DNA of 64,000 nt, taken from assembly GCA_964643275.1 (NCBI GenBank), contig CAZXRL010000001.1:728-64727 (forward strand), given 5' to 3'. Source of the stretch: an uncultured Candidatus Brevefilum sp. Its GTDB lineage: Bacteria; Chloroflexota; Anaerolineae; Anaerolineales; Anaerolineaceae. Position numbers and translations under genes: made by a program. Below are positions 9,427 to 19,399 of the stretch, piece by piece. The notes beneath the pieces are model-generated. The model did no database searches. It saw only the letters and a program-made list of their open reading frames with translations, and was not told the origin of the DNA. Positions within the stretch are counted from its first letter, which is position 1. Each line of letters opens with the position of its first letter.

Positions 9427-10425
9427 ATGTCAGGTAACATCATTCTATTAGGTTTAGCTGGTGTGATTTCCTCAGGTGCGCCAATCGTGCTGGCTGCAAT
9501 TGGCGAAACATTGACCGAGCGGGCTGGGGTGATAAACCTTTCACTGAACGGCACCATCATCCTGTCTGCAATGATGGGGTTTTGGGTGGCTGTGGAATTT
9601 GACAGCCTGCTATTAGGTTTTTTAACCGGCGCGATGGTGGGCGCACTGGTGGCAGCAATTGTAGCTTTCAGCAGCATCACTTTGAAACAGTCCCAGGTGG
9701 CGGTAGGGTTTATCCTGACCATCACGTGCCGGGATCTGGCTTATTTCTTGGGCAATCCCATCATGGGCCGCCAGGGGCCGATCATGTTTTCCACGCCCAT
9801 CCCCTTACTGCGGGAGATTCCATTTATCGGCCCATTGTTGTTCCAGCAATCACTGATGACATATTTCAGCATCATCCTTATCATCCTAACGTGGTTCTGG
9901 ATCTCTAAAACTCGCCCTGGTTTGATGCTGCAGGGTATTGGCGAGAAACCGGCAGCGGCCTTTGTGCGCGGTGCTAATGTGTTATCCATGCGATATTTCT
10001 ACACCATATTGGGCGGCGCACTGGTTGGATTAGCCGGACCGCTGTACACCCTGAGCGTGAAGCCAGGTTGGAAGGGCACGATTACCGGATTGGACGGCAT
10101 CGGCTGGATTGCTTTGGCGATCACGATCTTTGGCGGCTGGAAACCAGTTCGGGTTGCTTTTGGAGCATACCTGTTTGCTTTCCTCCAGTGGTTGGGGTTG
10201 GTCTTGCAGTCCTCGTGGACATTTATCCCATCTCAAGTTCTGCAAGTTGCTCCGTTCCCGTTAATGATTCTTACCTTGTTATTGGTGAATTTAGGCAATA
10301 CCGAGTGGATGGAAAGGCTATTATCGACCTTGCCAGACGGAATAAGAAACCGGGTCAAAAAGCTAATCCGATCACTGCGCTCTCAGCCGCCTGCCTCTCT
10401 TGGAACGCCATTCGAACGTCAGTAA
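9427..10425 (+). CDS. ABC transporter permease
   Basis: GETLTERAGVINL, GIGWIALAITIFGGWKP. Confidence 0.92.
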   Translation: MSGNIILLGLAGVISSGAPIVLAAIGETLTERAGVINLSLNGTIILSAMMGFWVAVEFDSLLLGFLTGAMVGALVAAIVAFSSITLKQSQVAVGFILTITCRDLAYFLGNPIMGRQGPIMFSTPIPLLREIPFIGPLLFQQSLMTYFSIILIILTWFWISKTRPGLMLQGIGEKPAAAFVRGANVLSMRYFYTILGGALVGLAGPLYTLSVKPGWKGTITGLDGIGWIALAITIFGGWKPVRVAFGAYLFAFLQWLGLVLQSSWTFIPSQVLQVAPFPLMILTLLLVNLGNTEWMERLLSTLPDGIRNRVKKLIRSLRSQPPASLGTPFERQ

Positions 10426-10514
10426 TACGTCCCTGGCTATGATTCACCCCATGCGTCAATCCAAGAAATGCGTGCATTCAAGTGTGGGTGATTTAGAACA
10501 AAAACACCAACTAT

Positions 10515-11349
10515 GATTCCGCGTCAACGCCTATTAACATTCTTTCTGTAATATCAAAAAAGTGATAGGTCAGGTCTCCTTTTCATTATCAAAGACTGAA
10601 AGGAGAAAACCATGACCTACCAAATAAAACAAGTATTGGAACACGTTGCAATCGAAGGAACGGATGCATTTCCAGATATGTGCCAGATCTTGATCAACGA
10701 AGCGATTCGGTTGGAACGGGAACTGGTTTATTCAGGGTGTTTTGTTCTCGTTAAGTAAGGCTGCGTAACACTGGCGGCTGATCCTGAAATGCCTGGTTGA
10801 AAGTTAGTTGCATTGTGCAAATTTGATTCTCAGCGATGACCACATAGGCTGCGCAAGACCCGCCAAGCGGTCTTAACTGGAGTGCCTGGCAGGGTCGTAA
10901 AATCCATCTACAGCAGAATGCTAGTCAGCATGTTCCTCGCAAGCGGATGCAGGCTGAGGTGGCCGCTGACATACGGGCAGTCTTCAATGCGCCGGATCAA
11001 CAGCAAGCACCACTGTACTTGAAATAGGTCGTTTCCATGTTTGCTAGGTCAGCATCCGAATTGGCGGATAGGCTGGAAGAAGCCATTCTGGAGGGGCTGA
11101 CTGTATTTCACTTACTGGAAACCCATCGTCGGTGTATCAAAACTGGTAACATGCTGGAACGGGTCAACCATGAAATCAAACGATGTTCCCGTGTTGTTAG
11201 GATTGTTTCCAAATCAACCCTCCTGCTCACGGCTTGTGAGTGCGAGCTTGATGGAGGTCGACAAGCATTGGGAAACTGGTAGATTCTATCTAAATGTCGG
11301 ACCTAATTAAAAGGACCTGATGAATTTTCAGAAGAATGGTTGCAGAATC
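10515..11349 (+). mobile_element. decayed IS256-family element
   Basis: transposase fragments; imperfect terminal repeats AACATTCTTTCTGTAATAT (10536-10554) versus the reverse complement of 11324-11349; boundaries approximate. Confidence 0.7.
10612..11310 (+). pseudogene. IS256-family transposase pseudogene (internal deletion, frameshifts, stops)
   Basis: MTYQ..LINEAIRLERE; SDDH; HLQQNASQHVPRKRMQAEVAADIRAVFNAPD; TGNMLERVNHEIKR..RVVRI; WETG. Confidence 0.85.
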
Positions 11350-11411
11350 GATTGTGGTTTATGCTATAATGCAAATAATATATATAATTTTAGAATTCTA
11401 CAGGTGGCTTC

Positions 11412-14400
11412 GTGAAAAATATCAGTCAGATCTGGCATTGTATCGCCGAAACTCCCCAGATCAGTGTTAGTGGAAACTCTCGCTTTAAAAACAAAGTCAG
11501 AAGAGCAATAACTAACATTGCGTCTACCCATGCTCATTTTGAAACATCCTTTTCGGGAAGATTTATTGTTTCAAGCCAGAGGATCCATTTCGATAATGAA
11601 CTTTTTATTCTTTATCTGAATCATTCTCTGAATGGCAATCAAATCCAGAAAGTATTACTTCAAATCCATAATCATGGTTCCGTCGATGAAGCCCAGGTTC
11701 CCCAAACCCATAAACTGGGCTGGTTCTCAAAGATTTCCAGGCAGTTCTTAAGAAAGTCCATTGAAAAACAGATCGAAGACGCAGCAGTCAGAATTGCCCA
11801 GTTGCCGCCCAGGGGGAACGTGGCTACGGAAGACCAGCATTTTTTAATGGTTATGATGCAGCTGAAAATGTTTGTCAGAAAAATATCACGAAAAATTGAG
11901 AACAATTCCATTATCTGGTTACTGGAATCTAACCGCAGAATCCATCAAAAACGACTTAGAGAACTTCACAGGAGAAGAATTGATGGGGATCAATCTCTAA
12001 ATCCCCTTCAAGAACAAAAGACCATCGCTGAAATTGATGCGTTGATCCATGAGAAACGGTTACTCCTTCAACGAAGATTGATTAATCGATCTCTCAAAGG
12101 GATCGAAAAATGGCAAAATTCCGGGAACACAGAAGCACCTTCTCAAATAAAGCTTGACAAAGTTCGTGATCTCCAGCAGGAAATCCAAAACTTAGAGCAC
12201 AAATATGATCGTTCTAAATCCACAACAAATTCAGTTGTTAATAATATCCAAAAGACATTTCTCAAACGTCGTCTCACCCGTCTTCAACGCAAGGTAATCA
12301 AGCTAAATTATCGCACGCGATGCAATTCCAAACAGCAGGAATTTTTAAACAAACTTCACCTGTATTTTCAGGAGTATTACCACACTTCCCTGATTCCTAA
12401 TAGTTTTATCGAGACTATCAACCTGCATATATTTAATGCACTCCGTTATCTTCTTAATCTGCTCTTTATTGGTTGTTATCTTTATTTGATAAAAATCCCC
12501 CTCCCTTTATTCCCGATATTCTTAATCCTTGGGATGTTCGTTTTTCAACCTGTTTCCAATAAATTTGCTGTTCTTATGATGCTTCCTTTTATTAAAACAA
12601 ATGGACTCAAAAGGTTATCCTTCAGTGAATTGAAGCAGGCCATAGAAGACCGTGCATCCTCTAATAATTACCTGTGTGCCATTGATCTGCCTTTGTATAC
12701 AGGGAAAACCTCCGAGCTTGATACAACAAAACATTATATTCATAGAAACCTGGTAAATCTGCAGGACACACTTTCTTATTACGAGAAGCTGAGTGTTATT
12801 TATCAAATCACCTCAAACACCACAGATCCAAGTTTAATAAACAAAGAGATTGAACTGACAAAGCGCGCCCAACACCGTGCAGATCAACTCTTGGGTAATC
12901 ATCGTGTATTCTTTATCTACCTTCACCGAAAGTCATCCACCGCAAAAAAAGTCGGAAATATCCTAGCTGCGCACCTGCTTAAGTTTCGTGGATTAACCGA
13001 TGCTCAAATATATACTGATTCTAAGAAATTTTTGACAACATTCCCTGATGGCCCCCTGTTCGATTTGGTACACGGCAATTTTGCTGACTCTTTATGCGCA
13101 GTTGACCATAATATATCAAAGCAACAAATTGACAATGATACGATCATCAGCATGATTCTCAAAGGCCAAAAGATACCCATCCATCAACACGTGGATTTCA
13201 CATTCTTTATTGACAATAAAAACGAGATCAAGCCTTCCAGTTTTGAAAAAGGCCTGGCAATCATGTTGCATCCGGAGAATACAAACTTATGCATCCTTCA
13301 ACCTGAAATGAGTATTGAAGATCCAATTCATGAAGGGCAGAAACTCACCTCCATATTCCTGCGAATGATGCGGATCGCTAGGGATACCCATAACTTCAGA
13401 TACCTGAAATCGCTTCACGGCATTTTTCAAAATATGAGTGCGTACTACGGAAAGGGGATGATCAGGCTTGAGCATTATGATTACATGGTTATGAATGAAG
13501 TTCTGAACCTGCGATACGTTGATTCCCACGATTGGCAGGAAAGCGTATTCAACTACGCGGTATTTTGCGCAAGCAGTGATAAACGCGTTTCAGTCAACCA
13601 TGTTTCCAAAAATGAGATGACCATGCTTTTAGAGACAGAAAGTGACAGCCAGATGTACAACATGGTCTTTGCTGATGATCGCTGTAAAATCTCTGATCAT
13701 GGAGGCAATCATCGTATCATTCATCTGCTGCCTGGGTCTGAACAGGGCCAGATCTGGCAGGTTGTTGATTTTCTGGATAACAATATTGAAGTCGGTGAAC
13801 GGGAATTAATTTCCACCATCGGCAATTACATCAGGGACACCCGCTGGCTCAAGGGCGATCTGCAAATGTTAAACACATTTTTTCCTTATGCGCGCTATAT
13901 GCCTGCATATCACAAATTTCATCTCACTAACATTTTTCGCCGATTCACAAACGAACTTACCCTGCTTCTCTGGGTCACTGTGAACTTCATTGCTTTATCG
14001 CTTTATTCTAGTCCCGAACAGCTTGAAGCGCATGTCCTCTACTTATTATCCCTTCATCTGACTATAACCGCATTTGGTTTTGCCGGAATCGACTTATTTC
14101 TTTATCCAATCTCATTTGAAATAAAAAATAATATTTTTGGGATTCCACGCAATTACGTGAAATCAACCCTGGCGTCCATCGCGAAAATTATTAGGAAACT
14201 CGCAATCGGATTGTGGCAGTTTCCTCTCTATCTCCTGGTAGCCTGGCCGCGTATATTCTTGAGTGGGTTTGCATCAACAAAAATTCTACTCGCCGGCATT
14301 GACCAGCCTGTGCAGTGGAAAAAGGCGAGTAACGCGTCAATTTCATCGGATGAAGTGAGCGACAAGGGCATTTCCATGACCAGTTTCATTAAATGTTATC

Positions 14401-14573
14401 TGGCCGTAATTCTAACAGGAGTGCTGCTCCTGAGCATTCTCCTTTTGTTGATTACAACCAAATCCGCCCCTCCTTCGATCCTGCGTCTTATTAATATGGG
14501 AATCATTGTTATCAGCCTGATCCTTGGCCCGTTTGTGTCTTATGCTATCTCCAGGAAAATCGAAATAAATTAA
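11412..14573 (+). CDS. large membrane GT2 glycosyltransferase related to OpgH/MdoH and the Cgs/NdvB catalytic domain
   Basis: YLHRK...KKVGNI, ILQP, YYGKGMI, SHDWQES, RDTRWLKGDLQ; central TM pair and several C-terminal TMs; long basic helical N-terminus; extended -10 TGcTATAAT at 11362-11370. Confidence 0.7.
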   Translation: MKNISQIWHCIAETPQISVSGNSRFKNKVRRAITNIASTHAHFETSFSGRFIVSSQRIHFDNELFILYLNHSLNGNQIQKVLLQIHNHGSVDEAQVPQTHKLGWFSKISRQFLRKSIEKQIEDAAVRIAQLPPRGNVATEDQHFLMVMMQLKMFVRKISRKIENNSIIWLLESNRRIHQKRLRELHRRRIDGDQSLNPLQEQKTIAEIDALIHEKRLLLQRRLINRSLKGIEKWQNSGNTEAPSQIKLDKVRDLQQEIQNLEHKYDRSKSTTNSVVNNIQKTFLKRRLTRLQRKVIKLNYRTRCNSKQQEFLNKLHLYFQEYYHTSLIPNSFIETINLHIFNALRYLLNLLFIGCYLYLIKIPLPLFPIFLILGMFVFQPVSNKFAVLMMLPFIKTNGLKRLSFSELKQAIEDRASSNNYLCAIDLPLYTGKTSELDTTKHYIHRNLVNLQDTLSYYEKLSVIYQITSNTTDPSLINKEIELTKRAQHRADQLLGNHRVFFIYLHRKSSTAKKVGNILAAHLLKFRGLTDAQIYTDSKKFLTTFPDGPLFDLVHGNFADSLCAVDHNISKQQIDNDTIISMILKGQKIPIHQHVDFTFFIDNKNEIKPSSFEKGLAIMLHPENTNLCILQPEMSIEDPIHEGQKLTSIFLRMMRIARDTHNFRYLKSLHGIFQNMSAYYGKGMIRLEHYDYMVMNEVLNLRYVDSHDWQESVFNYAVFCASSDKRVSVNHVSKNEMTMLLETESDSQMYNMVFADDRCKISDHGGNHRIIHLLPGSEQGQIWQVVDFLDNNIEVGERELISTIGNYIRDTRWLKGDLQMLNTFFPYARYMPAYHKFHLTNIFRRFTNELTLLLWVTVNFIALSLYSSPEQLEAHVLYLLSLHLTITAFGFAGIDLFLYPISFEIKNNIFGIPRNYVKSTLASIAKIIRKLAIGLWQFPLYLLVAWPRIFLSGFASTKILLAGIDQPVQWKKASNASISSDEVSDKGISMTSFIKCYLAVILTGVLLLSILLLLITTKSAPPSILRLINMGIIVISLILGPFVSYAISRKIEIN

Positions 14574-14733
14574 TTATCTCATTATTCAAGGACACATATA
14601 CAAAAAAGTCAGATTGCTCCAGGTCAATAATTAAAATATTATTAATTAACTTAGTTTATTAATTCTCTTGACCTTATTCACATATATTGCTAAACTTAAA
14701 ACATACAATTCTTTATTAAAAAGGGAGTTTATA

Positions 14734-14931
14734 ATGGCATATTCATTCACCAACTCAAAAGGCAAGACCTATTATTTACATCGAAAAACGGTCGCATCTG
14801 CCTCAGGCAAAACTCGTGATCTGTATTTCTTTGCCGGAGACGTTCGACCCGAATTTGCCGTCAATGAAGTCCCCGCCGGCAAACATGTGGTTGAAATGAA
14901 GTCCGGGTTGCCGGTCCTGAAAAAAGAATAA
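14734..14931 (+). CDS. small basic hypothetical protein, 65 aa
   Basis: AAGGGAG RBS; MAYSFTNSKGKTYYLH...LYFF...SGLPVLKK; followed by hairpins. Confidence 0.8.
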   Translation: MAYSFTNSKGKTYYLHRKTVASASGKTRDLYFFAGDVRPEFAVNEVPAGKHVVEMKSGLPVLKKE

Positions 14932-14965
14932 CCATTATTTTTTCTTCAGGAACATAACCCTAAAC

Positions 14966-15059
14966 GCTGACCGGAAAAATCAAATTCCGGTCAGCTAAAT
15001 GTGTAATAATAACTCAAGGCAACACTGCTCCTTTAATTTCATAGGGAGTAGTGTTTTTT
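14966..15059 (+). terminator. hairpin plus intrinsic terminator
   Basis: GCTGACCGGAA/TTCCGGTCAGC (14966-14995); AACACTGCTCC...GGAGTAGTGTT followed by a T-run (15021-15059). Confidence 0.65.
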
Positions 15060-15331
15060 AAGTTCCCAGTGCATCAACTCTATATGACGTGTAACCTGTG
15101 ACGATGACAGGAGCCACAGCAAGTAAAGCGAGAAAATTTTCAACAGAAATGGTTCACCAGGTCAATCATCCTGTATAATATGTCCTGTTGTGATTTCGCC
15201 ACCAATAATCCTTTCTCTTAGAAAAACCGACCTTGAACAGGGCAAGGTGTACTGAAGTTGATTCGATATCTCAATCAAATAAACAGATCATCCTAATCCG
15301 ATTTCAGGACTCAACTAACAGGAAATGCAAC

Positions 15332-16420
15332 GTGACAAATCATCAAACCAGCATCAAAGACCTGATCCTGAGACCTTTTCTAGCCGCAACTTTAGGTGTA
15401 TTAATTGGCGGTCTTTTCACCCTGCTCACCGGAAACTCACCTGGTGAAGCTTTCCGAGTCCTCATCTCTGCCGGTTTCGGTTGCGAGAGCAGTTCAAATT
15501 GTGCTTTACTGACAACCCTTCAATACGCGACACCCCTGATGCTTTCAGGGCTCTCAGCAGCGGTTGCTTTTCGGGCAGGGCTTTTCAGTATCGGTCAGGC
15601 GGGCCAAATGATCTTAGGGGCAGCAGCAGCCAATTGGATAGCCAGCCGGTTCACAATAGCCCCCTGGATCCATCCTGCGGCCGCTCTGGCCGTCGCAATG
15701 ACCTTCGGGATGGCGTATGCCCTGATACCTGCTGTTCTGAAACTATATTTTCAAATCAATGAAATTCTTTCGACTATTCTCCTCAACTACATCGCCCTCT
15801 ACCTGGTAGGGTTCATCCCATCCGGATTTGGTAACTGGATCCCAGAGAGCGCGCGACTCTCAACCATAGCTTATGGCACCAAACTGAACGTCGGGTTCTT
15901 CATCGCGATTGGGATAATGATCATTGTCTACCTGTTCCTCTGGCGTACCTCTGCCGGCTATGAAATTCGGATGTCAGGCCAAAACCGGACCTTTTCCAAA
16001 GCTGGCGGCATTCACACCAATAGATCCATTTTTCTTGCGATGCTTGTTTCCGGTGCACTGGCAGGCATTGCTGGAGGGATTGAGGTGCTCGGTGTTCATT
16101 ATAAATTTGTCACAAACTTCACAGGGCTTGATGAATTTGATGGCGTGATGGTCGCTCTGATCGGCATCAGCCACCCTATTGGCATCTTCTTCTCTTCCAT
16201 ACTTCTGGGGGGCGTTCGCCTCGCTGCAATGACTGGCCTCTCAATCCAAATGGGTATTCCCCGCTCAATTGGCGGCATGATGACCGCCGTTATGGTGATC
16301 ATCATGGGGGCGGATGGAATATACACAAGGATTAAAACTATGTTCTTATGCCTATACGAATTGTCCCTTAATATTCGTAACAAAATAAAACAACGGGTTG
16401 GTGATAAGCCAACCCGTTGA
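15332..16420 (+). CDS. orphan nucleoside-type ABC permease, paralogue of 18276-19379
   Basis: TPLMLSGLSAAVAFRAGLFSIGQAGQ, GALAGIAGGIEVLG; GTG start at 15332 inferred from AGGA RBS. Confidence 0.88.
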   Translation: MTNHQTSIKDLILRPFLAATLGVLIGGLFTLLTGNSPGEAFRVLISAGFGCESSSNCALLTTLQYATPLMLSGLSAAVAFRAGLFSIGQAGQMILGAAAANWIASRFTIAPWIHPAAALAVAMTFGMAYALIPAVLKLYFQINEILSTILLNYIALYLVGFIPSGFGNWIPESARLSTIAYGTKLNVGFFIAIGIMIIVYLFLWRTSAGYEIRMSGQNRTFSKAGGIHTNRSIFLAMLVSGALAGIAGGIEVLGVHYKFVTNFTGLDEFDGVMVALIGISHPIGIFFSSILLGGVRLAAMTGLSIQMGIPRSIGGMMTAVMVIIMGADGIYTRIKTMFLCLYELSLNIRNKIKQRVGDKPTR

Positions 16421-16446
16421 CAGACGATAAGTGTTCCAAATTCCGT

Positions 16447-17169
16447 TTATTTCTGATCATCCTCAGCAATGGCGACCATTGCTTCCAGGGCAATTTTTAT
16501 CATGTTCATCTCGCCCTTATCGTAATCTTCCATACCCCACTCGGGTTTAATTTCTTTGTTCGTCCCATCAGAGGCATAAAGCGCGCCAGTCCGGTAACCA
16601 CGGTACTGGCCAACGATGAACAATGTATCGCTTTCCATCTCGACAGACATGATCCCTGCTTTTTTCAATAGCCCAGGTTCCCAAGGTTCGGTGGGGCTAT
16701 AGAACGCATCGCCAGCGATTCCTACGCCGACCGCGTAGGGGATTTCCAATCTATCGGCTGTATCAACTATTTGTCGCATGATCTCATAGGTCGGGACGGC
16801 AGGGAATTCAATCGGCAAGTAAGCTTTTGATGTCCCGCCTGCGCGTACCGTTCCACTGGCAATAATGATATCGCCAGGGGCTTGATGATCTTGAAAGACA
16901 CCACAGGAACCGACCCGGATAAAGGTATCAGCACCCATGTTGGCGAGTTCCTCCATGCTGATAGCCACCACAGGACCACCCATGCCCGTCCCGCAGGAGG
17001 TCATCTTGATCCCCTTGTAGGTTCCCGTATACACCACGATCCCACGTTCATCACTGACCAGGGCCATGTCCTCAAATGAGTCAGCAATCCGCTTCGCACG
17101 GCTCTGCGACCCAGGACAAAAAACATATCGTGAAACATCTTCTGGCTCACATTTAATGTGAAATTCCAT
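16447..17169 (-). CDS. nucleoside phosphorylase (PNP/UDP family, uridine-phosphorylase-like)
   Basis: GTGMGGP, IRVGSCG, DAFY, VEMES. Confidence 0.88.
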   Translation of the reverse strand: MEFHIKCEPEDVSRYVFCPGSQSRAKRIADSFEDMALVSDERGIVVYTGTYKGIKMTSCGTGMGGPVVAISMEELANMGADTFIRVGSCGVFQDHQAPGDIIIASGTVRAGGTSKAYLPIEFPAVPTYEIMRQIVDTADRLEIPYAVGVGIAGDAFYSPTEPWEPGLLKKAGIMSVEMESDTLFIVGQYRGYRTGALYASDGTNKEIKPEWGMEDYDKGEMNMIKIALEAMVAIAEDDQK

Positions 17170-17259
17170 TTCTCTTCCTTTCGTCAGGTTAAGTTACGCC
17201 CCGGAAATTATGCCGAGGCGTAGTTTGATGATCTTTTAAGTAGAAGCCTATCCTGATAA

Positions 17260-18279
17260 TCAGGCGTCTGATTTTGCTTCGAGATTTTCATCAGTTTGCA
17301 TATCTCGGGAGCTGAAAAACTTCCGTTTGTTAATCAATGTCGCTAATTTCGAACGCAATGCGACCAGCACAAGTGCAATGATCGTAAAAATGAAAGGCAG
17401 GACCTGAACAAGGCTGGGGGGAAGCTTTGTCACGTTCTGTAAGCGGATCGCTGCCGCGTCAGCAAAACCAAAAAACAATCCTGAAAAGTATACGGCTATG
17501 GGATGGTTAAGGCCAAATAATGCTGCAGAAATACCCAGCCAGCCTCGACCGTTACTCATGTTACGTGTGAAGAGCGTCAGGTGTCCAACCGAGAGAAAAG
17601 CACCACCAAGCGCGGCCAGGGCACCACTAATCACCAGCGCAAAAACCTGGACCCGCCTTACTTTGATGCCCACAGTCCGGGCAGCTTCAATATTCTCACC
17701 AACAGCGCGGATATGCCGACCAAATTTTGTGTGAAACAGAACGAAGTATCCCAGCACACATAAGACCAATGCAGCGTATACGATAATATTGTAGCCGCTG
17801 ACAATATCTCCAAATACAGGGATATCCTTGATTAAGGGTAGCTCCCAATCAGGCAATCGGACTATACTGGGATCAGACCATGTGCCAACTTGACCAAACA
17901 TAATCCGCATGACAAAGACGGTCATTTCCAAAAGCATCAGGTTGATCGCAATAGCCAGGATGACCAGGTTAACTTCATATTTTATGTAGAGGAAAGCAAA
18001 TATCGCGCCAAGAAGGCCGCCCGCAAGCATCGCGACAATCAACGCCAGGAATGTACTTATGCCGGCAGGCATCGGGAGAATGGAATTGTGTTGGATGTAA
18101 TAAGCGCTGATAATCCCAAGAAACGCGCCTAAGAGCATCTTTCCTTCCAAAGCTAAATTGAGAACTCCCGCCCGATTGCAGATCGCGCCACCAAGCGCCG
18201 CCAGGATGATTGGTGTGCCTAATCGGATTGCACTGGCAAAAAGCGGAACAGTGAAAAAATTTAATATGTCTTGCATCAA
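17260..18279 (-). CDS. ABC transporter permease
   Basis: RAGVLNLALEG, FGRHIRAVGEN, GRGWLG. Confidence 0.92.
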   Translation of the reverse strand: MMQDILNFFTVPLFASAIRLGTPIILAALGGAICNRAGVLNLALEGKMLLGAFLGIISAYYIQHNSILPMPAGISTFLALIVAMLAGGLLGAIFAFLYIKYEVNLVILAIAINLMLLEMTVFVMRIMFGQVGTWSDPSIVRLPDWELPLIKDIPVFGDIVSGYNIIVYAALVLCVLGYFVLFHTKFGRHIRAVGENIEAARTVGIKVRRVQVFALVISGALAALGGAFLSVGHLTLFTRNMSNGRGWLGISAALFGLNHPIAVYFSGLFFGFADAAAIRLQNVTKLPPSLVQVLPFIFTIIALVLVALRSKLATLINKRKFFSSRDMQTDENLEAKSDA

Positions 18280-19379
18280 TCACTTCCTTCTTCAACGGGC
18301 TGGTTTTTTGGTTGTTTTGCCAATTTTGCTCTAATCCAGGTTATCACATTCAAAAACAGCTTATCGGTTGCGACAAACAGAATGATAAATGCAATGATCA
18401 CACCGCCTAACTCGCGTGGGATCCGCAGCTGGATCTGCAATCCAAGTTGAGCACCCAATCTTACACCAGCAAACAGAATGGCAACGATGACCACACCCAA
18501 TGGGTGAGTCTGTCCGAGGATAGCAACGGACAAACCATCAAACCCCAGTCCCACAGAATAACCGGTCATGATTCTGCGGTTTACGCCCAGGACTTCAATG
18601 GCGCCCGCTAACCCGGCCAGTGCACCGCTGATGATCATACCGCGCAGAGCGGCTTTTTCATTCTTGATACCACCGTATTTTGCAAATCGTGGCGCATTCC
18701 CTGACATTCGCTGTTCATAACCGAGTGAGGTTTTCCAAAGCAGAAAATAGATGGCCACAGCCATAAGAATAGCGATCACAAAACCAACGCCCCAGCGTGA
18801 ACCGGGCAAAAAAGCTGGTAAGACAGCTGTCGGCTGAATAGTATGAGAATGCGCTGCAGATCCTGCATCCGCCCGTAGCGGAAAATTAACTGCCCATTCC
18901 AAACAAAGTATCGCAATCTCATTCAACATAATGGTTGAGATCAATTCATTAACCCCTAATTTAACTTTCAACAGGCCGGGAATGAAGCCGTAAAGACCGC
19001 CAACCACAACTGCTGCAATAATGATCACAATCGGATGGATCACATTCGGCAGGTGGAGCTGATATCCAAGCCAGGCAGCCATGACTGCGCCAAGCATCAT
19101 CTGCCCTTCCTGTCCAAGACTGAACACGCCCGTCCGGAAAGCCACCAAAGCTGATAAGCCCGTAAGAATCAGAGGCGTAGAGCGTTCCAAGGTCGAAACG
19201 AACGTGCATCGATTAATGGTCTCACAACTGAACCCCGAATTGATCAAGACTCTGAATGTATCCAGCGGATTGTTGCCGGTTGATAGTACAAGAATTGCAG
19301 CAACAATCAGGCCAGCAACGATCGCCAGAACCGGGACTAAGAGCGTATTATAGAACTTCTCACGTTTTGCTTTATCCAT
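18276..19379 (-). CDS. ABC transporter permease
   Basis: TPLILTGLS..VAFRTGVFSLGQEGQ, GLGFDG. Confidence 0.92.
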   Translation of the reverse strand: MDKAKREKFYNTLLVPVLAIVAGLIVAAILVLSTGNNPLDTFRVLINSGFSCETINRCTFVSTLERSTPLILTGLSALVAFRTGVFSLGQEGQMMLGAVMAAWLGYQLHLPNVIHPIVIIIAAVVVGGLYGFIPGLLKVKLGVNELISTIMLNEIAILCLEWAVNFPLRADAGSAAHSHTIQPTAVLPAFLPGSRWGVGFVIAILMAVAIYFLLWKTSLGYEQRMSGNAPRFAKYGGIKNEKAALRGMIISGALAGLAGAIEVLGVNRRIMTGYSVGLGFDGLSVAILGQTHPLGVVIVAILFAGVRLGAQLGLQIQLRIPRELGGVIIAFIILFVATDKLFLNVITWIRAKLAKQPKNQPVEEGSD

Positions 19380-19399
19380 ATCTATGCCTCGATCTTTGC

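Noticed and set aside
11037-11282. 81-aa ORF as an independent gene
   Set aside because: It is a C-terminal fragment of the IS256 transposase.
4140-14573. c-di-GMP-controlled exopolysaccharide locus (GGDEF plus GT2)
   Set aside because: The genes are separated by an unrelated ABC operon and an IS, and no PilZ-type motif was recognised in the GT2.
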